DNA of 64,000 bases, from NCBI GenBank assembly GCA_965225945.1, contig CBDDBZ010000037.1, positions 384,001 to 448,000 on the forward strand. Reading direction: 5' to 3'. The notes below the pieces were generated by a model. That model made no database searches and was not told the origin of the DNA. It saw nothing but the letters and a program-made list of their open reading frames with translations. Below, one piece after another: positions 32,033-43,665 of this stretch. Source of the DNA: Alphaproteobacteria bacterium. Its GTDB lineage: Bacteria > Pseudomonadota > Alphaproteobacteria > GCA-2731375. The first letter of the stretch is position 1; each line of letters opens with the position of its first letter. Both the position numbers and the translations under genes were made by a program.

Positions 32033-33451
32033 TGTATCGCACCCGGTTCCTTGGACACAAGTTTGTCTCATGCGGCGGGCCTGAGTGACATCGCGGTGTG
32101 CCACGCCTGACGAGCTTGAGCGGGGCTCAGGTAGCCGTTCTTCTCCACGATCCACTGGGCATTGTACTGTTCGACGAACCCGCGGACGGCGTTCCGCAGC
32201 TCCGCGATGTTGCGGTAGATGCGGCCATGGATGATCTGTTCCTTGAGCGTGCGATTGAACCTCTCGGCGACGCCGTTGGTCTGGGGCTGTTCGACGAAGG
32301 CGTAGGACGGCTGGATGCCCCAGAACTTGATCTGGTTGGTGAAGTGGTCCGACAGATACTGGGAGCCGTGATCCATCCGCAAGGCCAGCCCCCGCGCCGC
32401 ACCGCGGAGGTCGAGGCATACAGCCTCGCAAGCCCCATGGAGATTGGCTGAAGGGCGGCGAAGCGGTCGCCTCGCTTGCACACATGCCAGCCGACGCACT
32501 CGGCGTTCCAATGGCTCGATGGCGGTGAATATCCAGCCCCAGCCGTCGTCCACCGTGAACACCCGAACGCCGTCCGTGCCCCACATGAGGTTGGGGGCAT
32601 GGGTGATGATCTCACCGACATGGGGATTTCCGCCACGGCGGCGGCAGCGATGGGGCGAGAGCAGGTTGTTCTCGCGCATCACCCGGAGCACCGCTTGCGG
32701 GAAACACGGATGCCACGACAGACCCGAAGCCGAGCCCAGACCTTGCGGTGTCCCTCGCCCTCCCAGGGGGATGCCTCCAGGTCGGCCTCGATGGCCACCA
32801 GCAGAGCCTCGTCCGAGATCGAGGGCTTCGGTCCCCGGCGCTTTGCTGGTGGGCGCTCAGCGGTGGCCTGCTGCCGGGATTTCATGGCGTAGAACGAGGA
32901 ACGGGCAAAACCCCAGGCCGCACAGACCCGCTGGAGGCCGTAGGCCAAACCCGTGCCGGGAGAGGTGGCGGCACTCATCGCCGCGACCTCCGCCGCCCCA
33001 AAGGGCCGGACGTCTCCGTCTTGGCCTCCAGCAGTTCCACCTGCATGATCAACTCCCCGATCCGCTTCATGGCGATGTCCAGTTCCGCCTTTACCGGATC
33101 GCCCTTGCGTTCCTTGAGCGAGGCATCGATCCCGGCGATCGCCTTCTCACGCCACTGCTCGAGCCGGAAAATCTCCACGCCCAACTGCCGCGACAAAAGT
33201 TCCACCGGCTCGCCACGCAAAAGCCGCAGGGCAACCTCACGCTTGCGCGTCACCGTCCACCGCTGCCAAGTCCCAGCGGGCCTGCCGGCGAAACCTGGCC
33301 CGGGGAAAACGTGGACGAGCCAAGCTCGCCCTCGTTTACCACAGGCCCATCAACAGCAACTTTGTTCTCAAAATTGTCGGTCATGTTCCGGGTCCTCCTT
33401 GGACACTTCGATTAAGCCAATTCTGTGTCCAAGGAAATCGGGTCCGACTCA
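32033..33451 (-). mobile_element. IS3-family element with multiple frameshifts
   Basis: Imperfect IRs TG..ACCCG..TTCCTTGGACACA; orfA HTH (32975-33380) and a fragmented orfB (WGTDG, DHGSQY, NGVAERFNRTLKE). Confidence 0.85.
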
Positions 33452-33526
33452 CGGCGTCCAAAATTGACCCCCCTGGTTTTGTGATTTTTAACACACCTCG
33501 TTGTTTGGACAGACGAGGTGGGGGAG

Positions 33527-35040
33527 ATGCTGGTAGTGGAAACGATCGCACGGATCCGTCGGGATCATCTGGTGAGGGGCGTTCCGATCAAGAAGATCGC
33601 CCGGGATTTGAGGGTTTCGAAGAACACGGTGCGCAAGGTGGTGCGGGCGATGAGACCTCGTACAGCTACGAGCGCAAGATCCAGCCGATGCCGAAGCTTG
33701 GACCGTGGGTGGATGAGCTCGAGCGCCAGCTGGAGGCCAACGAGAAGAAGCCGCGCCGGGATCGGCTGTCTCTGCCGCGGCTTCATGAAGACCTTGCGGC
33801 TCTGGGCTATGGCGGCGGCTACGACGCAGTGCGCCGCTACGCCAGGACCTGGCGTCGGCGGTGGCGGCTGTTGTCGCCGTCGCAGGGTTTTGTGCCGCTG
33901 AGCTTCGATCCCGGCGAGGCCTACCAGTTCGACTGGAGCCACGAGTACGCGCGCCTGTCGGGTGTGACGACCAAGGTGAAGGCGGCGCACATGCGGCTCT
34001 GCTACAGCCGCATGCAGCTGGTTCAGATCTTCCCGCGCGAGAGCCAGGAGATGGTGTTCGAGGCGCACGAACGGGCCTTCCACTTCTTCGGCGGGGTCTG
34101 CCGGCGGGGCATCTACGACAACATGAAGACGGCGGTGAGCATGGTCTTCGTCGGCAAGGAGCGCGCCTACAACCGGCGCTTTCTGGAGCTGTGCTCCCAC
34201 CATCTGGTGGAGCCGGTGGCGTGCACTCCGGGTGCGGGCTGGGAGAAGGGGCAGGTCGAGAGGCAGGTGGGTGACGTCCGCGGCCGCCTGTTCGTGCCCA
34301 TCCCGCGGGGCCGCTCCTACGCCGAGATCAACGCGTGGCTGATGGATCGGTGTATCGAGGACGCCAAGAAGCGGCCGCATCCGACGATCGAGGGCAAGAC
34401 GGTGTGGCAGGTGTTCGAGGAGGAGCGGCCCTTCCTGATGGCCTATCGCGGCCCCTTCGACGGCTTCCATGCCACCGAGGTGGCGGTGTCCAAGACCTGT
34501 CTGGTGCGCTTCGACAACAACCACTACAGCGTCGCCGCACGTGCCGTCGGGCGGCCGGTCGACGTGCGGGCCTATGCCGATCGGATCGTCATCCACCAGG
34601 ACGGCGAGACCGTCGCCGAGCATCCCCGGAGCTTCGGGCGCGGCGAGATCGCTTACGATCCGTGGCACTACGTGCCGATCCTGACGCGGAAGCCTGGTGC
34701 GCTGAGGAACGGCGCGCCCTTCAAGGGCTGGCAACTGCCCGGCGCGCTCGGCCGCATACGGGCCCGGCTGACGGGTTGCGACGACGGTGACAGGCAGTTC
34801 GTGAGGATCCTCGCGGCGGTTCAGGAGGACGGGCTGGAGGCGGTCGAGGCGGCCTGTGCCGAGGCGCTCGACTGCGGCGTCTGTAGCGCCGACGTCGTGC
34901 TCAACATCCTCGCCCGGCAGTGCCAGCCGGCACCGCCGGCGACCATCCCGACGCCCGAGGGCCTGCAGCTTCGCCACCGGCCGGTGGCCGACTGTCAGCG
35001 CTACGATCGCTTGAGGGAGGCCGGTCATGGAGCGTCATGA
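33527..35040 (+). pseudogene. istA: istA with a 1-bp deletion near 33645
   Basis: GTGCGGGCGAT here versus GTGCGGGGCGAT in copy A1. Confidence 0.88.
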
Positions 35041-35755
35041 GGTGCTGGCGATGATGACGGCGTTGAAGCTCGCGGGCATGCGCGCCGCCTACGACGACAT
35101 CCTCGCCGACGGGCTCAAGCGTCGTCATCCGGTGCAGCAGATCATCGGTACGCTGCTGCAGGTCGAGATCGCCGACAAGACGGCGCGCTCGATCAAGTAC
35201 CAGATGGCGTCCGCCAGGTTGCCAACGGCCAAGGAGCTGGCCGACTTCGACTTCGCCGCCTCGCCAGTCAACGAGCCCCTGATCCAGGAGCTCGCCGGCG
35301 GCGGCTTCCTGGAGGGCAAGCGCAACATCGTGCTGGTCGGCGGCACCGGCACCGGCAAGACCCATCTCGCCGTCGCCATCGCGCGCTCCTGCATCCGCAA
35401 GGGCGCCCGGGGCCGCTGCTACAACGTCGTCGACCTGGTCAACCACCTCGAGGCCGAGCTCCGCGCCGGACGCCAGGGCCGCACCGCGGACCAGCTCGTA
35501 CGCCGCGACTTCGTCATCCTCGACGAACTCGGCTACCTGCCCTTCGCCGAGGCCGGCGGGCAGCTGCTCTTCCACCTCATGAGCCGGCTCTACGAGCGCA
35601 CCTCTATCGTCATCACCACCAACCTCGCCTTCGGCGAATGGCCATCCGTCTTCGGCGACCCCAAGATGACCACCGCGCTGCTCGACCGTCTCACCCATCA
35701 TTGCGAGATCATCGAGACCGGCAACGAGAGCTGGCGCTTCAAGAACCGCTCCTGA
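35027..35755 (+). CDS. istB: IS21 helper ATPase IstB
   Basis: Differs from 3366-4094 at two residues. Confidence 0.95.
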   Translation: MERHEVLAMMTALKLAGMRAAYDDILADGLKRRHPVQQIIGTLLQVEIADKTARSIKYQMASARLPTAKELADFDFAASPVNEPLIQELAGGGFLEGKRNIVLVGGTGTGKTHLAVAIARSCIRKGARGRCYNVVDLVNHLEAELRAGRQGRTADQLVRRDFVILDELGYLPFAEAGGQLLFHLMSRLYERTSIVITTNLAFGEWPSVFGDPKMTTALLDRLTHHCEIIETGNESWRFKNRS

Positions 35756-35957
35756 GCCGCCGCCGGCCGTGCCTGCGGCCCGGTTGCCCCGGTGGGTCAA
35801 CAGGTACCCCCCGCGCGGCTTCGCTCCGCGTAGCGCAGGGCGCTACACGAAGCCGCGCGGGTCCCCCCTATTGACTACCGGGACAACCTCCGCCGTGCCG
35901 CTCAGGGGGGTCAATTTTGCACGCCGATCGGGGGTCAATATTGAAAGCCGTTTGACA

Positions 35958-36220
35958 GTCCGGACGGTGCAGCGGAACGTCAAGCGCTGGCGCAACGCCG
36001 AGATGGCGCTGCGTTGGACCGCCGCCGGCCTCTTGGAGGCGCAAAAGACCTTCCGCCGCCTCAAGGCCTACCGCCAGCTCCCCATCCTCGACGCCGCCCT
36101 GCGGGAGGCGGTGAGAAAGGCCGGAGCAAAGTCCGTCATTGAAGACATCGAGGTGGCCGCGTAGCCTCTCGATCAGACGATGCCTATCTCGCACTTTTCA
36201 ACATTGGGTGGGACATCACC
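35958..36220 (+). pseudogene. IS256-family transposase 3' remnant and end
   Basis: RNVKRWRNAEMALRWTAAGLLEAQKTFRRLKAY. Confidence 0.75.
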
Positions 36221-36410
36221 CCGCCAACGGCATCTTCGGTAACCGACCTAATGGCTACTTGTCTTTCCGGAAGGGAATTATCCCGACTACTTGACATGCT
36301 CGGCGGGGTCGCCATGATGGGCGGATGGACTTGGAAAGGGAATAACAAAGAAAGGTTGACGTCTACCAGTGGGGCGGGCAGAGTGCCACTCGGATTGGTG
36401 AGTGGATCAT

Positions 36411-36809
36411 ATGATGAAGTCCGGTGCGCAAAAAGTTCTCAAAGCCTTGTGGAGCCCACTAGCCTTGGTCGGGCTCCTAATTGCGTTCGGCAAGCCAATT
36501 TGGAAGCTTGTCGAAATGGTTAGCGACCCAGATTTCCTTATGACCCATGCAAATAGCATTGGGGATTTCTTGGACACTGGAATGGGAACCATTGTCCTCG
36601 TGATCATCGGGTTTGGGCTAGTCTTTCACGCCCTCTACAAAGCCAGAGGCACCGGGGATGTGGCAGAGGCAGTCGATACTGCAGAAAAACCCAGCCAAGA
36701 AAGCGGGCCCCTGATACGCTCGCAGGAACCGTATGCCCCCCCTCTTCTCATGCGCATTTGTGGCCAACTATTCAGCCAGTCGAAATCTTCGTGCCAGATA
36801 TCAAGTTGA
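36411..36809 (+). CDS. Hypothetical membrane protein, possibly frameshifted downstream
   Basis: Two hydrophobic segments, low GC, C-run near 36736. Confidence 0.4.
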   Translation: MMKSGAQKVLKALWSPLALVGLLIAFGKPIWKLVEMVSDPDFLMTHANSIGDFLDTGMGTIVLVIIGFGLVFHALYKARGTGDVAEAVDTAEKPSQESGPLIRSQEPYAPPLLMRICGQLFSQSKSSCQISS

Positions 36810-37373
36810 GTGTTCCATCGACAGATAGCTTTCAACAGCAATTTGAGCGATACGATTCCTTCACGGTTGATGAGGCCATGAGCCTACTCTGCGAAGAGAA
36901 CCCCCTGTTTACACCAATATTGGATACTTTTAGTTCTCTCAGCACGAAATAGTCCGTAGCGAAGTACCTCATCATCGCAGAATACAAGGCTGGCAATATA
37001 AGTCTAGACCACTTCAACAACCCGTCATACTACAGTGACGACTATAGGAAGTCACGAATCTCGAAGGATGATGTGTTGGCCGTTGCAGACAAGATGTATG
37101 ATCCCCCTGAGTACATGCTTTTTGAGGACGGAGGCAGCGATGGCTGAAGACGAAACAGATGCTGGCGCAGGCCGTTTAGCTCGGCGGTATGCTGATATCA
37201 AAAGGAAGTGCCTTTACGCCCCGGAACCCGACGAAAGCCCGTTGCTGGCGATCAGACACTCTGGATATGGGGAGTGATAGGGCGGATGTCAAGTAGTCGG
37301 GATAATTCCCTTCCGGAACTCCGGAACCCCCGCCTTCTTCGCCGCGTCATGCTGTTCCAACCGTTGTGTCGGG

Positions 37374-37530
37374 TACGCCCGCCAGCACCTGCTGGTGATC
37401 GACGAGGTCGGATACCTGTCCTACAGCAACCGCCATGCCGATCTGCTGTTCAACATCGTCTCCAGCCGCAGCCAGCAGAACTCCACCATAATCACCACCA
37501 ACCGGCCCTTCGCCGAGTGGGGTGAGGCCT
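37374..37530 (+). repeat. 157-bp internal fragment of istB (8567-8723)
   Basis: Matches the reverse complement of 8567-8723; no mismatch seen by eye. Confidence 0.92.
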
Positions 37531-37895
37531 CACGAGAAGGCCTGAACAGACTTTACACCGGGATGGTGACGGCGATCGTTGCGGGTTCTGTGCTCCTTCA
37601 CCGCGTGGCGCCGCATTCCGATGCCATGTGGGTGCTGCCTGTACTCGGAATTGCGGTATCCCTGTCCTGGATGATGTCGCTTCATTCGGTGACCGGGAGG
37701 CTGTCAGCCAAACATGCGGTGCTTATCGACCTGGAGTCGGAGTTGCCGTTCGACTTCCTCAAGCGCGAACAGGCCGAGTTCGAGAACCTGGGATTCGTCA
37801 GAAGGAAATGGAGCGGCATGCTGATGCCAGTGTCGTTTCTGGCCATTTCCAGCGGGTGGCTCGCAACACTGCTCGCCGAGCAGTTCTGCTCATAG
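37531..37895 (+). pseudogene. Small multi-TM protein (RipA/SLATT-like), 5' end replaced by the istB fragment
   Basis: REGLNRLY-TM-TM-W..S..L.AK..V...LE..LPF...E..TM pattern; lies directly upstream of the TIR gene. Confidence 0.55.
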
Positions 37896-38073
37896 CCGAG
37901 GTAGACAAGAGAACTGGAATGCACAAGGTGTTCATCAGCTACCACCATCATAAGGATCAGGAATACAAGGACCCTCTGGTGAAGTGCGGAACGGAAAACA
38001 AAATATTCGTCGACCAATCGGTGGACACCGGAGATATATCCGACGCGCTCAATGACGAAGCCATTCGAGAAAT

Positions 38074-39106
38074 ATCGCTTATGCACCAGCTTCCGGCCGG
38101 ACCAACATGTTGTAGGTGAAGGGCTTGGTGCACACGGCGATGCCGAACAGCGAGCGGAAGGCGGCGTGGCGTGTCCGGCGCCGGTTGAAGCGGAACACGA
38201 ACTCGTCGAGATAGCTTTGCAGGTGCTTGGCGCGCAGCCCGTGATAGACGCCGCGCGCCCAGCCCTTGAGATTGGAGAACACCTGATGGATCCAGGGCAG
38301 CACGAGGTGGGCGGCCATGGAACCGATGACGTGGGGATCGTGGGTCTCGACGGGGGCCGCGGCGTAGCCGGCCCAGCCGTCGGTCTTGGCGGTGCTGGCG
38401 GCGGCGATGTTGTGGCCGATGAAGCGGTTGAGGCTTTCGGCGCCGTAGGACGCGATCTCGGCCAGGCGCAGGCGGCCCGGCGCGTTGCCGTCGCCGACCT
38501 CGACGGCGCCGACGACGAGCAGCTTGCCGTCGTGGCTGCGCCCGGCGCCGCCGGCCACGGGATCATTCTTGGTGCGGAACGCCAGCGCGGTCTCGTCGAC
38601 CTCGATGAGGCCCGACAACGGGTCGCGCTCGGGATCGACCATGGCTTTGCGCAGCTTGGCGGCGAGCAGCCAGGCGCTGCGATAAGAACCGATCCCGAGC
38701 TGGTTCTGGAGCTGCAGCGCCGCGATCCCGTTCGAATGCGTCGCCATCAGGTAGGCGGCCCAGAACCAGACGGTGAGCGCGAGCTTGCTGCCGTGCAGGA
38801 TGGTCCCCGCCGTCACCGAGGTCTGGCGATGGCAGCGCGCGCACTCGAACGTGTGGGCCTTGCCGCGTAGCGCCCAGCCGTGATCATGACCGCAGCGCGG
38901 GCATTCGAAGCCCTCGGGCCAGCGCACCGAGGCGAGCCACGCCGCGCAGGCGTCGTCGTGCGGGAACATGCGTTGGAAGGCGATCAGACTGTCGGGGAAG
39001 CGATCCATGGGGCGGTTCCTGGTAATCGAACAAACCAGGAACAAACTATCCTACAACCACGCCCAACGCAACATCTCGTGCCGCCGGAACGTCGTGCATA
39101 AGCGAT
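38074..39106 (-). mobile_element. IS1595-family element (second type)
   Basis: IR ATCGCTTATGCAC; 8-bp TSD CGAGAAAT at 38066-38073 and 39107-39114. Confidence 0.95.
38079..39008 (-). CDS. IS1595-family transposase
   Basis: RWPEGFECPRC..C..C, EVDET, TDGW, YLDEFVFRFNRR. Confidence 0.93.
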   Translation of the reverse strand: MDRFPDSLIAFQRMFPHDDACAAWLASVRWPEGFECPRCGHDHGWALRGKAHTFECARCHRQTSVTAGTILHGSKLALTVWFWAAYLMATHSNGIAALQLQNQLGIGSYRSAWLLAAKLRKAMVDPERDPLSGLIEVDETALAFRTKNDPVAGGAGRSHDGKLLVVGAVEVGDGNAPGRLRLAEIASYGAESLNRFIGHNIAAASTAKTDGWAGYAAAPVETHDPHVIGSMAAHLVLPWIHQVFSNLKGWARGVYHGLRAKHLQSYLDEFVFRFNRRRTRHAAFRSLFGIAVCTKPFTYNMLVRPEAGA

Positions 39107-39557
39107 CGAGAAATAATCCGTGACGAATATCTCCGGGATTCGACGGTGACGATTGTTTTGGTCGGCACCGAGACCAAGACCAGAAGCACGTTGACTGGGA
39201 GATTTACTCGAGTATGTTCGACGGTCGTCTAAACAAAAAATCTGGTATCCTGGTCATCAACTTGCCGAGTATCGACAATGGCAAAGTGTGGGCAGCCCTT
39301 GGAGGGGAGGAGAAGTCGATCGTCTATCCGGACCTCAAGAGCTGGCAGCGCTGTTCGGGCAATGCGGAGTTCGAGGAGAAATTTCCGTACATGCCGCCAC
39401 GTATTATCGAGAATCTGGTGAGCGGCGCCAGGATCTCGGTCGTTGGATGGGAAAGGTTGACTGTCAGGCGGCTGAGTTATCTTCTCGATGCGACCTTTTC
39501 TCAGAGAAGCAGCTGCCAATACGACATGCGGACACCCCTGAGGCGACGGAACTCCTA

Positions 39558-40562
39558 GTGGATAAAATCTGACATTTGAATCCCGAGGGGGATTCCCGCC
39601 GGATTTTCTGTGTGCGAGTCTGGCTCATGCGCCCAGGAATCAGCATCATCTTGAGCCCTGCCGACCGTCGTCGTCTGGAGGCGCTCGTCGGGGACCGCAA
39701 CGTCGCCCAGAAGCATGTTTGGCGCGCACGGATCGTACTGCACAGCGCTGATGGCATCGGCACCAATGGGATCATGCGCCGGACCGGCAAGTCGAAGACC
39801 TGCGTCTGGCGCTGGCAGGAGCGCTTCGCCCAAGAGGGCTACGACGGTCTGCTGCGCGATAAGACACGGCCATCGCGCATCCCGCCGCTCGGCCCGGAGG
39901 TGGCCGAGCGGGTGGTCGCCCTGACGCTGAGCGACCCGCCCGCCGAGGCGACCCACTGGGTCGCCGCCATGATGGCCAAGGCGACCGGCATCAGCGTCAG
40001 CTCGGTGCAGCGCCTCTGGCGCGCACACGGGCTTCGGCCCCATCGGGTGCGGCAATTCAAGCTTTCGAACGATCCCGACTTCGTCGCCAAACTGCGCGAT
40101 GTGGTCGGGCTCTACGTCGACCCGCCGGCCCACGCCATCGTGCTCTCGGTCGACGAAAAGTCGCAGATCCAGGCGCTCGACCGCACCCAGCCCGGCCTGC
40201 CGATGAAAAAGAGCCGTCTTGGCACCATGACCCACGACTACAAGCGGCATGGCACGACCACCCTGTTCGCCGCCCACAAGCATGCCAAGGTGCGCGCCTG
40301 GCTCGGCCGCCACGAGCGCTTCACCTTCCACTTCGTGCCGACCTCCTGCTCCTGGCTCAATGCCGTCGAGGGCTTCTTCGCGAAGCTCTCGAAGCGGCGC
40401 CTGAAACGCGGCGTCTTCCGCTCCATTGTCGACCTCCAGGTCGCCATCAACCGCTTCCTCGACGAGACCGACGACAACCCAAAGCCCTTCACCTGGACCG
40501 CCGATCCAGACAAAATCATCGCCGCCGTCAAACGAGGGCATCAAGTGTTAGATTCGATCCAC
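39558..40562 (+). mobile_element. IS630-family element with an internal in-frame deletion (ORF 39627-40565)
   Basis: CTAG at both junctions; SVDEKSQIQALDR..HDYKRHGTTTLFAA|HKH..WLNAVE. The segment carrying the second catalytic Asp is missing. Confidence 0.88.
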
Positions 40563-40976
40563 TAGGGCGCTGTCGTCGCCGTCCGAACGCATGGCCCGCG
40601 TGATCAGGTGATCGGTGACGTCCTGGAAGTAGATCTCGAGCTCCGTGTGCAGCATGCTGAACTCCGGCCAGACCTCCCGGTCGAAGTCCCGTTCGCGGGC
40701 GCGCACCATGACCGTCGGCCGGTGTTGCCGCGCATACCGGAAGGGATGCACGCCGTGCTTGCGGCGGACCGCGATGAACAGCCTGACCGACCACATGTCG
40801 GGCAGCGAGAACTTCAGCTCGACCTCGGGTTCGCGATCCCCGTCCGAGGTGCCCAGGCGGCCTTGCAGCCGGTCCATCGCGGCCGCGGCGGCGGCCCGCT
40901 CCCCCGGACCGGCGGCCTCCCGGAACAGCGCTTCCACCTTGGCGAGTTTCGCCCTGAGCTCTTCGCCATTGATCAT
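40548..40976 (-). CDS. Hypothetical protein; last codons fall in the IS630 end
   Basis: LRAKLAKVEALF..GERAAA..FSLPDMWSVRLFIA..PFRYARQ. Confidence 0.65.
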   Translation of the reverse strand: MINGEELRAKLAKVEALFREAAGPGERAAAAAAMDRLQGRLGTSDGDREPEVELKFSLPDMWSVRLFIAVRRKHGVHPFRYARQHRPTVMVRARERDFDREVWPEFSMLHTELEIYFQDVTDHLITRAMRSDGDDSALVDRI

Positions 40977-41315
40977 CGCAAACCGCCAGACCGGACCTCC
41001 GACAATACCAGCGAACCCGAGCTTCGCTGTCCATGCTGGAACCGCGGCAAAGAGGACCGGAACCCCGTCCATGACACATTGCGGACCGGTTTCGAGACGC
41101 TTCCCGACAGGGTACACGGGTTCGACTACAGTGCGCCGTCGGGGACACGATGCGGGGTTGCGGCCGGTGCGGAGCCGAAGCAGATCGATCTCAATCTCGG
41201 GATGTGATCGTCCATCCGACGCCCAAACCGGGCGCAATTTGGCAACCTGACCCGTGGCTGTCCGGGGCGAGCCCGGCAAGCCGCTTTCCGAAGTCCGGAA
41301 TAATTGCGGCGCCGG

Positions 41316-41717
41316 CTATGCGAACGGCGCCACGCCTTCGGCCGCGGCCGCCTCGTTCAACTGGCGGTCCAGGCTCGCCAGCGGGCAGCCTTCCCGGATC
41401 GCGAGAGCCAAATAGCTGGCGTCGTAGGCTGTCAGACGGTGACCGCGCGCCAGGGCCATGACGCGATGGTCGTCCAACTCGCCCGGACTTTGGATGGGAA
41501 GGCGGCGGATCCGGGCCATGGAAGCGTCGGCATGGCGTTCGTCGATTCGCCCCCGGCGTTCGGCCGACAATAGCAGGTTGCGCAGCTCGTGCCAGAACAG
41601 GCTCGGAACCATCGCCGTCTCCTCGGCCAGCCGGTCGAGCGCCAGATCGGCCAGTGCCGCTTCCTCGTCCGGCAGCAGCCATGCGGCCGCGACCGAAGCG
41701 TCGGGCACGAAGGCCAT
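41316..41717 (-). CDS. vapC: VapC PIN-domain toxin
   Basis: FVPDASV, E.RN, LTAYDASY, LASLD. Confidence 0.92.
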   Translation of the reverse strand: MAFVPDASVAAAWLLPDEEAALADLALDRLAEETAMVPSLFWHELRNLLLSAERRGRIDERHADASMARIRRLPIQSPGELDDHRVMALARGHRLTAYDASYLALAIREGCPLASLDRQLNEAAAAEGVAPFA

Positions 41718-41959
41718 CAGCGTGTGTGCCCCTCATGGCGCCAGGACAGGATCTCGGACGTCGTCACGGCCTGCTGCCTGGACCGTTCCCGGCGCAGGGT
41801 CGCGCACAGCGCGGCATGGTCCTGTCCGCCATTGATCCCCGTGACGCGGGCGATCGGCGTCTGACCGCGGCAAATGACGAGATCCTCGCCGGCTTCCACT
41901 TCGGCCAGCAGCGCGGACAGGTGCGTCTTCGCCTCGCCGATCTTCACGTGACGCGTCAT
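41717..41959 (-). CDS. Phd/YefM-family antitoxin
   Basis: IGEAKTHLSALLAEVEAGEDLVICRGQTPIAR; TGATG coupling to vapC. Confidence 0.9.
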   Translation of the reverse strand: MTRHVKIGEAKTHLSALLAEVEAGEDLVICRGQTPIARVTGINGGQDHAALCATLRRERSRQQAVTTSEILSWRHEGHTR

Positions 41960-42339
41960 GTCTTGCGTACTCCTTAGTCCGGCCTCGTTCCGAAGGGGCA
42001 GGCCTGTATCGAGCCTGACCCCGGCTTCGGCCGGCATGCTAGGGTCGATACCCGGCTTGGTCAAGCGCTTGGTCTGTTTGAACGGCGGGCAGTTCGTGCC
42101 GCTCGGTCTCCAGCCGGTGCCGCGCGGCTTTTTCAGGTTTGCAACGCCACCAGACCAATTCGCGCAAACGGCATCGCTGCCGACCACCCATCCGCGCTTC
42201 GCGTCATATGAGCGCGGCGCGATGCGCCCTGAATGTTGGATCGGCGGAGCCGCCGGCCGCGGCGCGCCGACGGATCGGAAGTGCCGCGGGTCCCGGATGC
42301 GGGCCTCGTCCGCCCCGGCCATGCGCGTGTCCTGTATCA

Positions 42340-42586
42340 GTCGGCTGTGGGGCTCGCGAGCCGCCGGCTCGCGCCCCTCCGACGATGCCCCCGGGGAGTT
42401 GCCCGTCACATCAATGAAATTGTCCAGTGCCGACGCGCGATCACGGCGGACACTGCGCTGCGCATGGAGCGGGCGCTGGGCATGACGGCAGAGTCGTGGC
42501 TGGACCTGCAGCGGCTATACGATCTCGACCACGCACGAGCGGTGCTCGACGTCTCGGATATCGAACCGCTGGTTGCAACCGGCTAG
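42340..42586 (+). pseudogene. higA: HigA-family HTH antitoxin remnant
   Basis: INEIVQCRRAITADTALRMERALGMTAESWLDLQ..YDL; degraded 5' end, no higB. Confidence 0.7.
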
Positions 42587-43046
42587 ACCGAGGGCTAGCT
42601 GACCCGGTCCTCGCCCGTCAAAATTTGGAGCGGACCGATGAGGCTTGATGCTGGCGTCGGATTGCTACGAGAACGGACGACCGGTGTTCCGAAAACGCCG
42701 ACGCTGGCGGTTTCAGACGACAAACGTGCCCCCGAATGCGCTGGAGTTGGATTCAATCCGCTTTCGGCTTGCTTACGGCACGCTCTATCGGATCCTACTG
42801 TCGGCTCCAAAGGACCAGATTTTCTTTATCTAAATCAGTTCTGTAAGTGGATATCTTAGGAATGAGGATGAGCCCTCATACTCAGGCTCTCCTGTCGTAA
42901 GTTGAGCAGTGGCCTCGAGACGAGGCCTTCAACTAGGTTACAGCGTCAGCCGCAGATGTACAGCATCAAGCGGCACGCTGACAAACATATCGGACCTTCT
43001 CCGCCGTGTCGATACCGACAAGGGCTCCTCCTCGTAGGTCGCCTTG

Positions 43047-43082
43047 GCAACGAGCATCCTCGGAGCAACGAGCATCCTCGGA
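43047..43082 (+). repeat. 18-bp tandem duplication
   Basis: GCAACGAGCATCCTCGGA x2. Confidence 0.85.
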
Positions 43083-43477
43083 TACCAGTTGCCCCTGCGG
43101 TCCACATGGGCGGAAGACTGCCAAGTCGTCTACTCCCTACACGGCTTCTTGTCGCCTGCACCCATCCCCCGAAGGGTCGAGCAGGTTAACGTAACTACAA
43201 CTACAGAATCAATTCAAGCTCCAAATTCGATCGACAGGTCAATCAGTTGGGGTTGTGGCGGACCGGCACCGCGACCCGAAAATCCCAGCTTTCTCCGGCT
43301 ACACGGAAGCGAGTTCGGATGGACCGGTCGAATCCGCCGCATTGCCCGGCATGCGGCGATATGCCGGCAGGCGCAAGCCGGGCGAGGACCGATCCGGCGC
43401 GGCCGTTTTTAAATCACCGCTCGTACCCGAATCGGTGCTCAGGGGAGAACCGTTGCATCGATACCCTTGGCGGAGCT

Positions 43478-43665
43478 TTAAGGCAGTATGTCCGCGCCGA
43501 TGCTGGCGGCAACCCGGGCCGCCGATTCCTGCACCGAATCTCGCGCGAGATGGGCGTAGCGGGCCGTCGTCTGGATCTTGCTGTGACCAAGCAGCTTGCC
43601 GATCGTCGGCAGGCTCTCGCCCAGCGCCAGGGCACGTGAGGCGAAGCTGTGTCGTAGATCGTGGC
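43478..43665 (-). pseudogene. Tyrosine integrase C-terminal fragment
   Basis: HDLRHSFASRALALGESLPTIGKLLGH..RYAH. Confidence 0.85.

Larger units (their letters stand above)
33452..35957 (+). mobile_element. IS21-family element, copy A2; outer left end lost
   Basis: Near-identical to 2131-5711 in inverted orientation. Begins at the inner repeat next to the IS3 end; ends GAAAGCCGTTTGACA. Confidence 0.92.
37919..39558 (+). pseudogene. TIR-domain protein (ThsB/MTH538-like), split by IS1595 and frameshifted near 39183
   Basis: MHKVFISYHH...IREI|IRDEYLRDSTVTIVLVGTET..KHVDWEIYSSMFDG..SGILVINLP. Confidence 0.85.

Noticed and set aside
2131-35957. Composite transposon or inversion bounded by IS21 copies A1 and A2
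   Set aside because: No shared or swapped target duplications in the flanks, and one end of each copy is damaged.
42600-43450. Short ORFs in the lower-GC stretch before the integrase array
   Set aside because: No recognisable motifs or consistent coding signal; left unannotated.
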